DNA of 64,000 bases from Desulfomicrobium sp. (GCA_040768745.1 JAXGMI010000001.1:288001-352000), one strand, 5' to 3'. Shown: positions 1-9,979, numbered from the stretch's first letter. A program made the numbers and translations. The notes: generated from the sequence alone by a model not told the origin.

Positions 1-353
1 GGCCGTGACAGGCTGCCCGTAAACGGCGATCTGCTCCGTCACTGCGGAGAATCCAGACCCTCACGCATGTTTCCATATGCTTCGGGCCTGGATTTTCTTT
101 GTTCCTCGCATTTCACCATTTCTGAACACCCTGGACCCCTGTGATATTTTCCAGTCAGACAAACTTGCAGTTTGAGCCGGAAGACGCCCCTTGACCCGAG
201 TCCGCAGCGCAACCGTCGTTTGGTGAATGCACGTTGAGCCGCATCCGAAAATCCTGGGGTAAACCCGTAGGCCGGCCGGGAAGTCTGAGGGTTGCGCCTG
301 AACGCGAGGGACTGTAGGAATTTCGATGCACTTCTACACCTGACGGGGGGAAC

Positions 354-2159
354 ATGATTGCAGAGGGGATCAACAGAATCTGGCTCAAGCACTACGACCA
401 GGAAGTCAGTCCGAACCTGGACTACGAGACCATCCCGCTTTACGAAATCCTCGAACGCTCGGCGGCCAGATTCCCGGACCGCCCGGCCGTCGTCTTCAAC
501 AACTGGACCGTGAACTACAAGAGGCTCAAGCTCCTGGTGGACCTGGCCAGCGCAAACCTGAAGAAGTCCGGGGTCAGGGCCGGGGACCGGGTGGCCATCA
601 TGCTGCCCAACTGCCCCCAGACCGTCATCAGCTACTGGGCCTGCCTCAAACTCGGGGCCGTGGTGGTCATGACCAACCCCCTGTACATGGAAAAGGAGCT
701 GGTCCACCACTTCAACGACTCCGAGGCGAAAACCCTCATCACCCTGAACCTGCTCTGGAAGCGCATCAACGGCCTGCGTGACAAGCTGCGCCTGAAGCGC
801 ATCTTCGTGACCTCCATCGCCGACTGCCTGGGTTTCCCCCTGAATTTCCTCTACGGCATCAAATCCCGGCGCGAATACAAGCTGGAACCCATCCCCTACG
901 ACGGGACCACCGTCCTGCCCTGGAAGAGTCTCCTGCCGCGGACGGCCATCGAGGACGCACACCCAGTGGACCCAGCCAAGGACCTGGCCGCCCTGCAGTA
1001 CACCGGCGGGACCACCGGCGTGTCCAAGGGCGTCATGCTGACCCACGCCAACCTTGGCTACAACGCCCAGCAGGCGCGGGCCATCCTGCATACCATCAAG
1101 GATTCGGGCGAGGTCATGCTGGGCCTCCTGCCCTTCTTCCACATCTACGGGCTGACGGTCTGCGTCAATTTCGGGACCATGATCGGCGCCACCCTCGTGC
1201 CCATGGCCAAGTTCGTGCCCCTGGACGTCCTGAAGACCATCGACAAGCGGCGGCCGACCATCTTCCCCTGCGCGCCGTCCATCTTCATCGCCCTGCTGCA
1301 GCAGAAAAACCTCGAAAAGTACGACCTGTCCTCGGTGCGCTATTGCGTGTCGGGCTCCGCGCCCATGCCCGTGCCGGTCATGGAGAAGTTCAACAGCCTG
1401 AGCAGCGGCGCCAACATCGTGGAGGGCTTCGGTCTGACCGAGGCCTCGCCCATCACGCACCTGAACCCCCTGCGCGGGAACAGCAAGAACGGCTCCATTG
1501 GCCTGCCCTTTCCGGACACGGACGCGGCCATCGTGGACATGGAGGTCGGCTCCCTCCCCCTGCCCCCCGGCAAGATCGGCGAACTGGTCGTGCGCGGCCC
1601 CCAGGTCATGCAGGGCTACTGGAACCGCCCCGACGAGACGGCCTCGGTGCTCCGCAACGGCTGGCTCTACACCGGCGACATCGCCTACATGGACGAGGAG
1701 GGGTATTTCTTCATCGTCGACCGCAAGAAAGACCTGATCATCACCGGCGGCTACAATGTCTACCCCCGCGAGATCGACGAGGTCCTGCACGAGCACCCGG
1801 CCATCAAGGAGGCCGTCAGCGTGGGCATCAAGCACCCCACCCGCGGCGAGATCATCAAGGCCTACATCGTGCTGCGGGAGGGCCACAGCCTGACCAAGAC
1901 CGACGTGCTGGCCTTCTGCCGCGAGAAGCTGGCCAACTACAAGGTGCCGAAGCAGGTCGAGTTCCGCGACGACCTGCCCAAGAGCATCGTCGGCAAGGTC
2001 CTGCGCCGCGTCATCCGCGAGGAGGAGGAGCGCAAGGGTCACGACCCCTTCGAGCCGGTCGACGACGCGGACATGAACGGGGACGGGACGGACGCGCCGC
2101 CCAAAAGCGGCAAGCACGACAAGAAAAAGAAACGCGAACGTGCCGGCAACAAGGCTTGA
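354..2159 (+). CDS. fadD: Long-chain-fatty-acid--CoA ligase
   Basis: AMP-binding motif YTGGTTGVSKG, EGFGLTEASP, GWLYTGD, DRKKD, LPKSIVGK; RBS GGGGGGAAC before ATG. Confidence 0.92.
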   Translation: MIAEGINRIWLKHYDQEVSPNLDYETIPLYEILERSAARFPDRPAVVFNNWTVNYKRLKLLVDLASANLKKSGVRAGDRVAIMLPNCPQTVISYWACLKLGAVVVMTNPLYMEKELVHHFNDSEAKTLITLNLLWKRINGLRDKLRLKRIFVTSIADCLGFPLNFLYGIKSRREYKLEPIPYDGTTVLPWKSLLPRTAIEDAHPVDPAKDLAALQYTGGTTGVSKGVMLTHANLGYNAQQARAILHTIKDSGEVMLGLLPFFHIYGLTVCVNFGTMIGATLVPMAKFVPLDVLKTIDKRRPTIFPCAPSIFIALLQQKNLEKYDLSSVRYCVSGSAPMPVPVMEKFNSLSSGANIVEGFGLTEASPITHLNPLRGNSKNGSIGLPFPDTDAAIVDMEVGSLPLPPGKIGELVVRGPQVMQGYWNRPDETASVLRNGWLYTGDIAYMDEEGYFFIVDRKKDLIITGGYNVYPREIDEVLHEHPAIKEAVSVGIKHPTRGEIIKAYIVLREGHSLTKTDVLAFCREKLANYKVPKQVEFRDDLPKSIVGKVLRRVIREEEERKGHDPFEPVDDADMNGDGTDAPPKSGKHDKKKKRERAGNKA

Positions 2160-2189
2160 CACCCCCCCGGCGGGTACTTAATTCAACAG

Positions 2190-2306
2190 TTCACAAGGGG
2201 AGTAGCCAGCGGCACCGGCAGGACCGGACCGCCCCGAGGTTCGACAGTACGGCGCGTTGCCCGGACCCGGGAATCCGACACGAGTCGAGATCAGCCAGAC
2301 CTTTAT
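2190..2306 (+). ncRNA. yybP-ykoY (Mn2+-sensing) riboswitch aptamer, candidate
   Basis: 5' AAGGGGAGTAGC (2195-2206), internal CGACAGTAC resembling the CGUCAxUAC loop, 3' GCCAGACCTTT; overlaps a terminator hairpin; lies in the 5' UTR of htpX. Confidence 0.8.
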
Positions 2307-2334
2307 CCGCATTTTGCGGGATAAAGGTCTTTTT
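2297..2334 (+). terminator. Intrinsic terminator forming the riboswitch expression platform
   Basis: AGACCTTTATCC...GGATAAAGGTCT 12-bp inverted repeat followed by a T-run. Confidence 0.85.
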
Positions 2335-2363
2335 CTTACCCCACGCGCTTCACGGAGGAACTC

Positions 2364-3215
2364 ATGAATCAACTCAAGACCACGTTTCTGCTGACCCTCC
2401 TGACCCTGCTCCTGATCGCCATGGGCAATGCCATGGGCGGGAAATCGGGCATGATGGTCGCTTTTGTCATGGCCGCGGGGATGAACTTTTTCACCTACTG
2501 GTACTCGGACAAGATCGTGCTCAGGATGTACGGGGCCCGCGAGGTGACCAGGCCCGACAGTCCGGACTTCTATGGCCTCGTGGAAGACCTGGCCCGCAAG
2601 GCAAACCTGCCCATGCCCAAGGTCTACGTCATTCCCTCGGACAGCCCCAATGCCTTCGCCACGGGCCGCAACCCTCAGAATGCCGCCGTGGCCGCCACCC
2701 AAGGCATCATGCGCATCCTGTCCAGGGACGAACTGGAAGGGGTCATGGCCCACGAGTTGTCCCACGTCAAGAACCGGGACACGCTCATCTCGACCATTGC
2801 CGCCACCTTTGCCGGGGCCATTTCCATGCTCGGCAACATGCTGCAATGGGCCGCCATGTTCGGTGGCCTGGGTCGCAGCGAGAATGAGGAAGGGGGCGGC
2901 AGCATGCTCGGCGGCCTGGCCATGGCCATCATCGCGCCCATCGCGGCCATGCTCATCCAGATGGCCGTGTCCCGCTCCCGGGAGTTCATGGCCGACGAAA
3001 GCGGGGCCAGGATAAGCGGCAAGCCCAGATCCCTGGCCAGCGCGCTGCAGAAACTGCAGCAGGCTGCAACCATGGCCCCCATGCAGGAGGCCACTCCGGC
3101 CACGTCCCACATGTTCATTGTCAACCCCCTCACGGCCTCGCGCCTGGCCAGCCTCTTCTCCACGCATCCGCCGACCGAAGAGCGCGTCGCCCGTCTCATG
3201 GCCATGGCCGTGTGA
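2364..3215 (+). CDS. htpX: Zinc metalloprotease HtpX (M48)
   Basis: [27 protein letters not shown] motifs; N-terminal TM helices; RBS GGAGG. Confidence 0.95.
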   Translation: MNQLKTTFLLTLLTLLLIAMGNAMGGKSGMMVAFVMAAGMNFFTYWYSDKIVLRMYGAREVTRPDSPDFYGLVEDLARKANLPMPKVYVIPSDSPNAFATGRNPQNAAVAATQGIMRILSRDELEGVMAHELSHVKNRDTLISTIAATFAGAISMLGNMLQWAAMFGGLGRSENEEGGGSMLGGLAMAIIAPIAAMLIQMAVSRSREFMADESGARISGKPRSLASALQKLQQAATMAPMQEATPATSHMFIVNPLTASRLASLFSTHPPTEERVARLMAMAV

Positions 3216-3480
3216 CGCTGGGGCCAGACCTGCGGCACCCTGGGCGGACACCTCGGCCCCGAACCGGCCCCGGTGTTCACCCGTGTGGCAGGGTCTGAGG
3301 GACGCCGAGGGCGGTGAAAACCGGACCGGTGTGACGGCAAGGCAAGAGGGGGACATCTTTTCGGCACACATTGGCGCGCTTCTTGTATGGCAAGGTCACC
3401 CGGTTTTCCTTGCCCAGGGGCGAAGCCCAACGGATGCGGCCTGTCCAACCCCTTCTTTCATCAACACAGTGTGAGGATCT

Positions 3481-3735
3481 ATGCCAGACAAGCAAACGCC
3501 CCCGCCCCAGATCAGCCCGTACCTCTTCCCGTTCGGCCTGGCATGTTTTGCCGTGTGGTTCTTTTATGACGGCTGGATCACGACCGACGTGGAAATGCAG
3601 AAGCATCTCCTGTTCAACAGGGTCGGAAGCGTCATCTTCACGGTCTGGGCCGTGTTTGATTTCCTGCGCACCAGGCGGAGCGAAAGGGAACGCAAGGCGC
3701 GCCAGCAGGCCGAGGGCGAGACGGCAGGCTCCTGA
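3481..3735 (+). CDS. Small 2-TM hypothetical membrane protein
   Basis: RBS GAGGA, two hydrophobic segments, host-like codon usage. Confidence 0.7.
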   Translation: MPDKQTPPPQISPYLFPFGLACFAVWFFYDGWITTDVEMQKHLLFNRVGSVIFTVWAVFDFLRTRRSERERKARQQAEGETAGS

Positions 3736-3758
3736 CCCCCGGCGAGACGCACACCAAG

Positions 3759-4445
3759 ATGCTGACCAACCGACAGCTCGTCCTTCCCTACATCCTCCCG
3801 TACGTGGCGTACGTTGCCCTGGCCTCCCTGCCGGCGGGCATCCTCCCCAGCGAAGTCAACTACGCCCTGCGGCTGGTCGTCGTCAGCGGCCTCCTGCTCT
3901 GGGCCAGACGGTGGTACTGCCCCCTGACGGGCCCGGGGTCGCCTCTTGTCTCCACCCTCTGGGGCATCGGCGCGGGGCTGGCCGGCGCGTGGGTGTGGAT
4001 CGCCCTGCTCAGCCCATTCGTCTCCGCACAGGATGCATCCCCCTGGTCCAGCCTTTCCTTCTGGCTGCGCCTCGCCGCCGCGGGACTGCTTGTTCCCGTT
4101 TTTGAAGAACTTCTCATGCGGGGCTACGTCTTCCGGGTCGCCCTGCAGTGGAACCAGGAGCGCCAGAAAGGGGACGGGTCAGCGCTGCAGACCGCCCTGG
4201 ACGAGCGGTCCATGAACGCGGTGCGGCCTGGGGAGTGGTCCTGGGCAGCCGTCGCCATCTCCACTCTGGTCTTCACCGCCGGCCACAATGTCCCGGAATG
4301 GCCGGCTTCCATCGCCTACGGGCTGCTCATGTCCTTGCTGTGGGTGTACCGCAAGGATCTCCTTTCCTGCATCGCGGCCCATGCGACGACCAACATCGCC
4401 CTGGCCTGCTATGTCCGTGCGACCGGGAGTTGGCATCTCTGGTAA
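3759..4445 (+). CDS. CPBP/CAAX prenyl protease-related intramembrane metalloprotease
   Basis: EELLMRG, FTAGH, HATTN motifs in a multi-TM protein. Confidence 0.85.
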   Translation: MLTNRQLVLPYILPYVAYVALASLPAGILPSEVNYALRLVVVSGLLLWARRWYCPLTGPGSPLVSTLWGIGAGLAGAWVWIALLSPFVSAQDASPWSSLSFWLRLAAAGLLVPVFEELLMRGYVFRVALQWNQERQKGDGSALQTALDERSMNAVRPGEWSWAAVAISTLVFTAGHNVPEWPASIAYGLLMSLLWVYRKDLLSCIAAHATTNIALACYVRATGSWHLW

Positions 4446-4608
4446 ACGCGCACCCCGCTGGCCCCTCCGTTGGGATCTGCCGTCACCCCGACAAATCATG
4501 ATCTGCCTCCCAGCCCCGCTCTTTTCGCCCAGCATTGTCCATCCCCGTCATGGTTGCACCGCCCCAGGGAGCGCGCGCGGGGATCTGCGCCGGCAGGACG
4601 CTTCCTGC

Positions 4609-4624
4609 TGGCCCTTTTCCTGCA
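4609..4624 (+). promoter_or_regulatory. Putative sigma-54 (-24/-12) promoter of flgE
   Basis: TGGCCCTTTTCCTGCA = GG-N10-GC, 70 nt before the flgE ATG. Confidence 0.45.
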
Positions 4625-4693
4625 GATAACCTCCGGGGTCGGAAAAACCTTCCGCCCAGGTCATGGAACCCTTTTCCCGCAGCGGAGGCATTC

Positions 4694-6223
4694 ATGAGCA
4701 TTTCCTCGTCCATCTTCATCGGCACCACCGGGGTCACCGCCCAGCAGGAAAACATGTCGGTCATCTCCGACAATATCGCCAATATGAATACCGTGGGGTT
4801 CAAGTCCTCGCGGCTACTCTTCAACAGCCTTCTCAGCGAGCAGCTGGCAGGGGCCGACGTGGGCCATCAGGTCGGGCAGGGCGTGGGTGTCAGTTCGGTC
4901 TTCACCGACATGGCCTCCGGGGCCATGGAAAAGACCGCCCTCGCCACCGACATCGCCGTCGGCGGCAACGGATTCTTCATTGTCTCCCCGCAAAACTCGG
5001 ACGCGCTGTTCTACACCAGGGCCGGGAACTTCACCTTCGACGCGCAGGGCTATTACCGCGATCCTGCCGGCAATATCGTCCAGGGGTACCGCCTCACGGA
5101 CTCGGGAGCCGCCGGTTCCACCCTGGAGGACATCCGCCTGGACGCCCCGGACGGGAACACGTTCATGTCCGACCCCAGGGCCACATCGGCAATCCGCATG
5201 ATGTTCAACCTCGACTCCTCCGCGCCGGAGACACATTCCGGCTCGACGAGCCCCCTGACAGCCCTTTTCGACGAATGGGACGCCGCGCAGGACCCGCCCC
5301 TTGCACGGGACAGCTATGCCTACACGTCGTCCCTGCGTGTTTACGACTCAGCGGGACAGGCACACAGTCTGACCGCATATTTCGATCCCGCGGGGGTGGA
5401 ATCGACCGGCGCCGACGGCAGGAGGGTCTGGGAGTTCCTGCTGACCACCCCACCCGCAGAGGACGGGTCCGCCCTGAGCACCAAAAAAGGCGTGCTCATG
5501 GCCGGCACTCTGACCTTTGACGCCGTCGGCGCACTCATCGACATGAGTGCCTTCCAAGGCACGACCGACGATAAAAGTTCCTGGGTTCCGGCCAGTTTTT
5601 CCGGGGATGGGCTGCCCGTCATGCGCGCGGCCACCTCCAATGCAGGGGCGTTTACGGCCACCGTGGATTTTGGGCTGCGGAACGGGAGTTCCGGGGCAGG
5701 GAACACGGACTGGATTCTGCCGGAGGAGTTCACTTCCATGGACAATCTGGGCACGACTCTGGGCGGTCTTCCCGGGCTGGCATCCCCCACCGTTGATGCC
5801 CTGGCCACCACCAGCTACAACGCGACGGCGAGCACGATTTTCCAGTCCCAGAACGGATACACCGCAGGATACCTCGAATCCGTCTCCGTGGCCAGTGACG
5901 GGACCATCGTCGGCACGTTCTCCAATGGCCAGGACCTGGGTCTGTTCACCATCCCCCTGGCGGACTTCATCAATGCCCAGGGATTGCTGCGCGAGGGCGG
6001 AAACCTTTTTTCAGCCACCCGGGATTCCGGGGCAGCCATCCTTGGCCTGGCGGGCACAGGGCGGCTGGGGACCATTGCGGGCAGCACCCTGGAGAATTCC
6101 AATGTCGATCTGACCACGGAATTCGTGAACATGATCTCCACCCAGAAGGCCTTTGACGCCAACAGCAAGGTCATCACCACGGCCGATCAGGTCGTGCAGA
6201 CGGCCCTGGGCATGAAGAGGTAG
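4694..6223 (+). CDS. flgE: Flagellar hook protein FlgE
   Basis: N-term SDNIANMNTVGFKSSR, YTRAGNF, C-term LENSNVDLTTEFVNMISTQKAFDANSKVITT; RBS GGAGG before ATG 4694. Confidence 0.92.
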   Translation: MSISSSIFIGTTGVTAQQENMSVISDNIANMNTVGFKSSRLLFNSLLSEQLAGADVGHQVGQGVGVSSVFTDMASGAMEKTALATDIAVGGNGFFIVSPQNSDALFYTRAGNFTFDAQGYYRDPAGNIVQGYRLTDSGAAGSTLEDIRLDAPDGNTFMSDPRATSAIRMMFNLDSSAPETHSGSTSPLTALFDEWDAAQDPPLARDSYAYTSSLRVYDSAGQAHSLTAYFDPAGVESTGADGRRVWEFLLTTPPAEDGSALSTKKGVLMAGTLTFDAVGALIDMSAFQGTTDDKSSWVPASFSGDGLPVMRAATSNAGAFTATVDFGLRNGSSGAGNTDWILPEEFTSMDNLGTTLGGLPGLASPTVDALATTSYNATASTIFQSQNGYTAGYLESVSVASDGTIVGTFSNGQDLGLFTIPLADFINAQGLLREGGNLFSATRDSGAAILGLAGTGRLGTIAGSTLENSNVDLTTEFVNMISTQKAFDANSKVITTADQVVQTALGMKR

Positions 6224-7039
6224 TCAGACCCAGGCCTCGCCCCGGGCCACCAGGGCCACGGGTCCGAAAATCCAGGCCTGGACCCCCTGGGCGCGCCGAT
6301 CGATCTGCACACCTATCTCCCTTCCGCTGGGCTGCACCACGTGGGCGGGCATGGGCAAATTTTGCCCACGCCCCAGCCACAGCGCCACGGCCAGGCTGCC
6401 GGAGCCGCATCCCGTCTCGAAGCATGTGGAGGCGGTGGAGCGCACCCACACCACGGGCTTGATGGCGCAGCCCGCCGCATGGGGGGCGTACCAGATGCAG
6501 CCCACGGCCTCTCCGTCCAGGCCGAATCTGCGCCGGAGCTGCGCCGTCTCCCTGACCACGTCCGCAGGAAAGGGATGCCTGGTCTCGTCCAGGCAGAGAT
6601 GGACGATGCCCGGCAGGCGGATGAGCCCCAGGCCCGGGCCCAGGTCGGAGACAGGGTCATCCGCGTCGAGCAGGGGCATCTCGGCCCAGCATTCCCAGGT
6701 TTCCCCTGCGGGCACGGCCCTGACCCTCAGTGGGCGGCGGGCCCCGGAGGCGCTCAACTCGCCGGCCCACCCTGCGCCTTCACGGAAAAGCCCCGCGCCC
6801 TCCGTGGCCATGACCGCCGCGGCGGACCGGCAGGCATTGCCGCAGAACTCCCCGCCCATCATATCCAGCCTGACTGGATGGGCCCCAAGGTCCAGAAACC
6901 CGACCTGCTCTGCCTGGAGATGGCCCCCGGCCATGAATGCTTGCGCCACCGCAGACCGCTCCAGGGGGTCCACGGGGTCAAGAACGAGGATGGTCGGGTT
7001 TCCGCCCGGAAAAACCTTGTAGAATCGCAGCGTGCGCAT
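6224..7039 (-). CDS. PLP-independent racemase/epimerase of DapF fold, CntK (histidine racemase)-like
   Basis: PGGNPTILV, EQVGF, MMGGEFCGNA and ETGCGSGS two-cysteine motifs. Confidence 0.8.
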   Translation of the reverse strand: MRTLRFYKVFPGGNPTILVLDPVDPLERSAVAQAFMAGGHLQAEQVGFLDLGAHPVRLDMMGGEFCGNACRSAAAVMATEGAGLFREGAGWAGELSASGARRPLRVRAVPAGETWECWAEMPLLDADDPVSDLGPGLGLIRLPGIVHLCLDETRHPFPADVVRETAQLRRRFGLDGEAVGCIWYAPHAAGCAIKPVVWVRSTASTCFETGCGSGSLAVALWLGRGQNLPMPAHVVQPSGREIGVQIDRRAQGVQAWIFGPVALVARGEAWV

Positions 7040-7159
7040 GTCATCTCCTGGAATGCGTAAAAAAAGAAACTATTCCAAGATAAAACCCTGTGCAAGGCAG
7101 TATTGACCGTGACCGTCCCCGCGGGTAGGACGGCCTTTTCACATGCAGCAGCGATCACC

Positions 7160-7951
7160 ATGACCTCCTATCCCAACGCCGTCATCCTGGGCATCGTCGA
7201 AGGCCTGACCGAATTCCTGCCCGTATCCTCCACCGGACACCTGATCATCGCCGGTCATCTCCTGGACTTCACCGGACCCAAGGCCGAGACCTTCGAGATC
7301 GTCATCCAGCTGGGGGCCATCCTGGCAGTGGTGGCCCTGTACTGGCCGACCTTCCTGGGTTTGCTGCGCCCCTCGCAGCGGCGCTTCAGCGGCCTGCGCG
7401 GTCTGCTCCTCCTTTTTCTGACCTCCCTCCCCGCCGCGCTCCTGGGCCTCTTTGCCCACTCCGCCATCAAGGAACACCTCTTCTCTCCCGTCACCGTGGC
7501 CTTTGCCCTGGCTGTGGGCGCGCTGGCCATCCTGGCTGTGGAAAAGCTCCCGCGCACCAAGACCGTGTTCACCTTGGACCAACTCAGTCCCGGCCTGGCC
7601 CTGGGCATCGGCTGTTTCCAGTGCCTGTCCCTTTGGCCCGGCTTTTCCCGCTCCGCCGCCACCATCATGGGCGGCATGATTCTCGGCGCTGACCGCCGCA
7701 TGGCCGCGGAGTACTCATTCATCGCCGCCGTACCCATCATGTTCGCGGCCACGGGCTACGACATGCTCAAGAGCTGGAGCCTGTTCAGCCCCGACGACCT
7801 CCTGGTCCTGGCCGTGGGCTTTGCCGTCTCCTTTGTGTCGGCGTGGCTCGCGGTGAAAGGCTTCATCTCCCTCCTGGGCCGGACGACCCTGCGCCCTTTC
7901 GCATGGTACCGTCTGGCCCTGGCCCCGCTGGTGCTGTGGATGTTCTGGTGA
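7160..7951 (+). CDS. uppP: Undecaprenyl-diphosphate phosphatase
   Basis: GIVEGLTEFLPVSSTGH, IQLGAILAV, PGFSRSAATI. Confidence 0.95.
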   Translation: MTSYPNAVILGIVEGLTEFLPVSSTGHLIIAGHLLDFTGPKAETFEIVIQLGAILAVVALYWPTFLGLLRPSQRRFSGLRGLLLLFLTSLPAALLGLFAHSAIKEHLFSPVTVAFALAVGALAILAVEKLPRTKTVFTLDQLSPGLALGIGCFQCLSLWPGFSRSAATIMGGMILGADRRMAAEYSFIAAVPIMFAATGYDMLKSWSLFSPDDLLVLAVGFAVSFVSAWLAVKGFISLLGRTTLRPFAWYRLALAPLVLWMFW

Positions 7952-7955
7952 CGGC

Positions 7956-8582
7956 ATGACCATCGAATGCGAAGCCAAGTTCGCCCTGGAGAACTGCCTG
8001 GACCTGGAGCGTCTCCTGCGGCCGCGCGCCATGCTGGAAACCCCGTGGCACCTGGAGTCCAACACCCTCTATGATCGCGAGGGGGAGCTCGTCGCCACGG
8101 ATCGCCTGCTCCGGCTGCGCCGGGCGGACGGGGCGACCCTGACCTACAAGGCCCCGGCCCCGGATCCGTCCGAGCCCGGAGTGAAACGCCGGCTGGAAAT
8201 CGAATGTCCCCTGTCCCGCCCCGGTGACATGGACCTCATCCTGCGCGGGTTGGGCTATCTCCCCCGGCTGTGCTACGAGAAATTCCGGTCCGTATGGACC
8301 CTGACCCAAGCCCGGGTTTTTCTGGACATCCTGCCTTTCGGCCATTTTCTCGAAATCGAGGCCAGTCCCGCACGGATCCGCGGACTGGCCCTGGAACTGG
8401 GCCTCGATCCCCGGGCCGCCCTGAGCCAAAGCTATCACGATCTGCACCTGGTCTGGCTTCAGGTCCGCCATCTCGAACCCTGCGCCGACTTTGTCTTCAC
8501 CCCCACCGAAAAAGAGCGGCTGCAGCTGATGCTGAACTGCCCACCCTGCGGAGATGCCAATGCTCACCGACATTCAGCTTGA
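7956..8582 (+). CDS. CYTH-domain (class IV adenylate cyclase-like) protein
   Basis: IECEAKF ExExK start, LRLRR, LTYK, YEKFR, FLEIE. Confidence 0.85.
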   Translation: MTIECEAKFALENCLDLERLLRPRAMLETPWHLESNTLYDREGELVATDRLLRLRRADGATLTYKAPAPDPSEPGVKRRLEIECPLSRPGDMDLILRGLGYLPRLCYEKFRSVWTLTQARVFLDILPFGHFLEIEASPARIRGLALELGLDPRAALSQSYHDLHLVWLQVRHLEPCADFVFTPTEKERLQLMLNCPPCGDANAHRHSA

Positions 8583-9807
8583 AAAATACGCCGAGGTCCT
8601 GTTCTGGGGCATGCAAAAGGCCCGGGTCACCCCCCTTGCCCCGGGGGACATCGTCCTGGTGCGCACGGACATTGCCGCCATGCCCCTGGCTGAAAAAGTC
8701 CAGGCCCTGCTCCTGGAACGGGGGCTGAACCCGGTGCTGCGCTTCAATCCCCCGAGCGCCCTGGAGAAAGGCTATTTCACCCTGGCCGGGGAAACCCAGC
8801 TTTCGTTCATCGTCCCCGGGGACCGGGAACTGTACGAACGCCTGGACGGCCTCGTCTCGCTGCTGGCCCCGGACTCCATCACCCACCTCAAGGATGTCCC
8901 CCCGACCAGGATCGCCACCTTCTCCGTGGCCCGCAAATATCTGCGCGACATTCTGGACAGGCGCGAGGCGGTCCGACAATTCGGCTGGACCCTTTGTCTG
9001 ATGCCGACCTCGGCCCTGGCCGAAAATTCGGGCCTGAGCGAACCGGACTACGCGGCCCAGATCGTCCGCGCGGCCTACCTGGACGACCAGGATCCCGTGG
9101 CGGCCTGGGAACGGGTCTTCCTCCAGGCCCAGGGGGTCAAGAACTGGCTCAACGCCATGGACGTGGACCACTACCACGTGCAGTCCGCTTCCACGGACCT
9201 GCAGATCCACCCCGGGCAGCACAGACGCTGGATTGGCGTGTCCGGGCACAATATCCCGAGCTTCGAACTCTTCCTCTCCCCGGATCACCGCCTGACCGAA
9301 GGGGTCTACCACGCGGACCAGCCGTCCTACCGCAGCGGCAACCTGGTCCGCGGGGTGACCCTCGAGTTCCGCAACGGGAAGGCCCGGGTGACGGGTGCCG
9401 AGCAGGGTCAGGACTTCGTGCGCGCGCAGCTGGACATGGACCCCGGAGCCTCCCGGCTGGGGGAATTCTCCCTCACGGACAGGCGGTTCTCGCGCATCAG
9501 CGCGTTCATGGCCCACACCCTTTTCGACGAAAACTTCGGGGGGGAGCACGGCAACTGCCATGTGGCCGTCGGGGCGTCCTACGCGGACACCTACGCGGGC
9601 GATCCTGCCGAACTGACCGAGGAGAGGAAAAAGGAACTGGGGTTCAACGACTCCGCTCTGCACTGGGATCTGGTCAACACGGAACCCAAAAAAGTGACCG
9701 CCGTCCTGCGCGACGGCACATCAGAGGTCATCTACGCCGACGGAATGTTCACCCTGCCTGATCCGGCCACCCCGCACCGGGGGCCGGGGGCGCCAGGACA
9801 CAGATGA
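8554..9807 (+). CDS. Aminopeptidase, M29 family
   Basis: NIPSFELF, LGEFSL, TLFDENFGG..H.AVG, NDSALHWDLV. Confidence 0.88.
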   Translation: MPMLTDIQLEKYAEVLFWGMQKARVTPLAPGDIVLVRTDIAAMPLAEKVQALLLERGLNPVLRFNPPSALEKGYFTLAGETQLSFIVPGDRELYERLDGLVSLLAPDSITHLKDVPPTRIATFSVARKYLRDILDRREAVRQFGWTLCLMPTSALAENSGLSEPDYAAQIVRAAYLDDQDPVAAWERVFLQAQGVKNWLNAMDVDHYHVQSASTDLQIHPGQHRRWIGVSGHNIPSFELFLSPDHRLTEGVYHADQPSYRSGNLVRGVTLEFRNGKARVTGAEQGQDFVRAQLDMDPGASRLGEFSLTDRRFSRISAFMAHTLFDENFGGEHGNCHVAVGASYADTYAGDPAELTEERKKELGFNDSALHWDLVNTEPKKVTAVLRDGTSEVIYADGMFTLPDPATPHRGPGAPGHR

Positions 9808-9944
9808 CCCGCCCCTGCTGACGCGCCGGGCCAAAACCAGGACCAACGGCCTTTTGGCGGGCTAATCCGCTGGCAGAAGGGCCTCCTTACCGATCCCCGG
9901 GATGCATTCCCGTATCTTCCCCTTGCCTGTCCCGGAGCTTCTTT

Positions 9945-9958
9945 GTAGACGTGTCTAA
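9945..9958. promoter_or_regulatory. Candidate DtxR/MntR-family operator upstream of the regulator
   Basis: Palindrome TAGAC-GT-GTCTA 22 nt before ATG 9980. Confidence 0.5.
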
Positions 9959-9979
9959 TCCGAACGGCACCGCAACAGG

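Noticed and set aside
150..350. Possible structured leader or riboswitch before fadD (GCGCAACC/GGTTGCGC pairing, GGTAAACC)
   Set aside because: Only an 8-bp complementarity in GC-rich DNA; lacks the GAAA tetraloop/GCAAA elements of c-di-GMP-I and other signatures I recognise
39..2162. 707-aa antisense ORF and many other long overlapping ORFs (e.g. 47894-50356, 41223-43010, 23733-25364, 32519-34120)
   Set aside because: Shadow ORFs of GC-rich genes: opposite or shifted frames of well-supported CDSs, with no motifs of their own
3216..3280. SECIS-like GCAGGTCTG on the minus strand, considered because selB is in the window
   Set aside because: No suitably spaced in-frame UGA in a credible ORF; no gene in the window shows a Sec readthrough pattern
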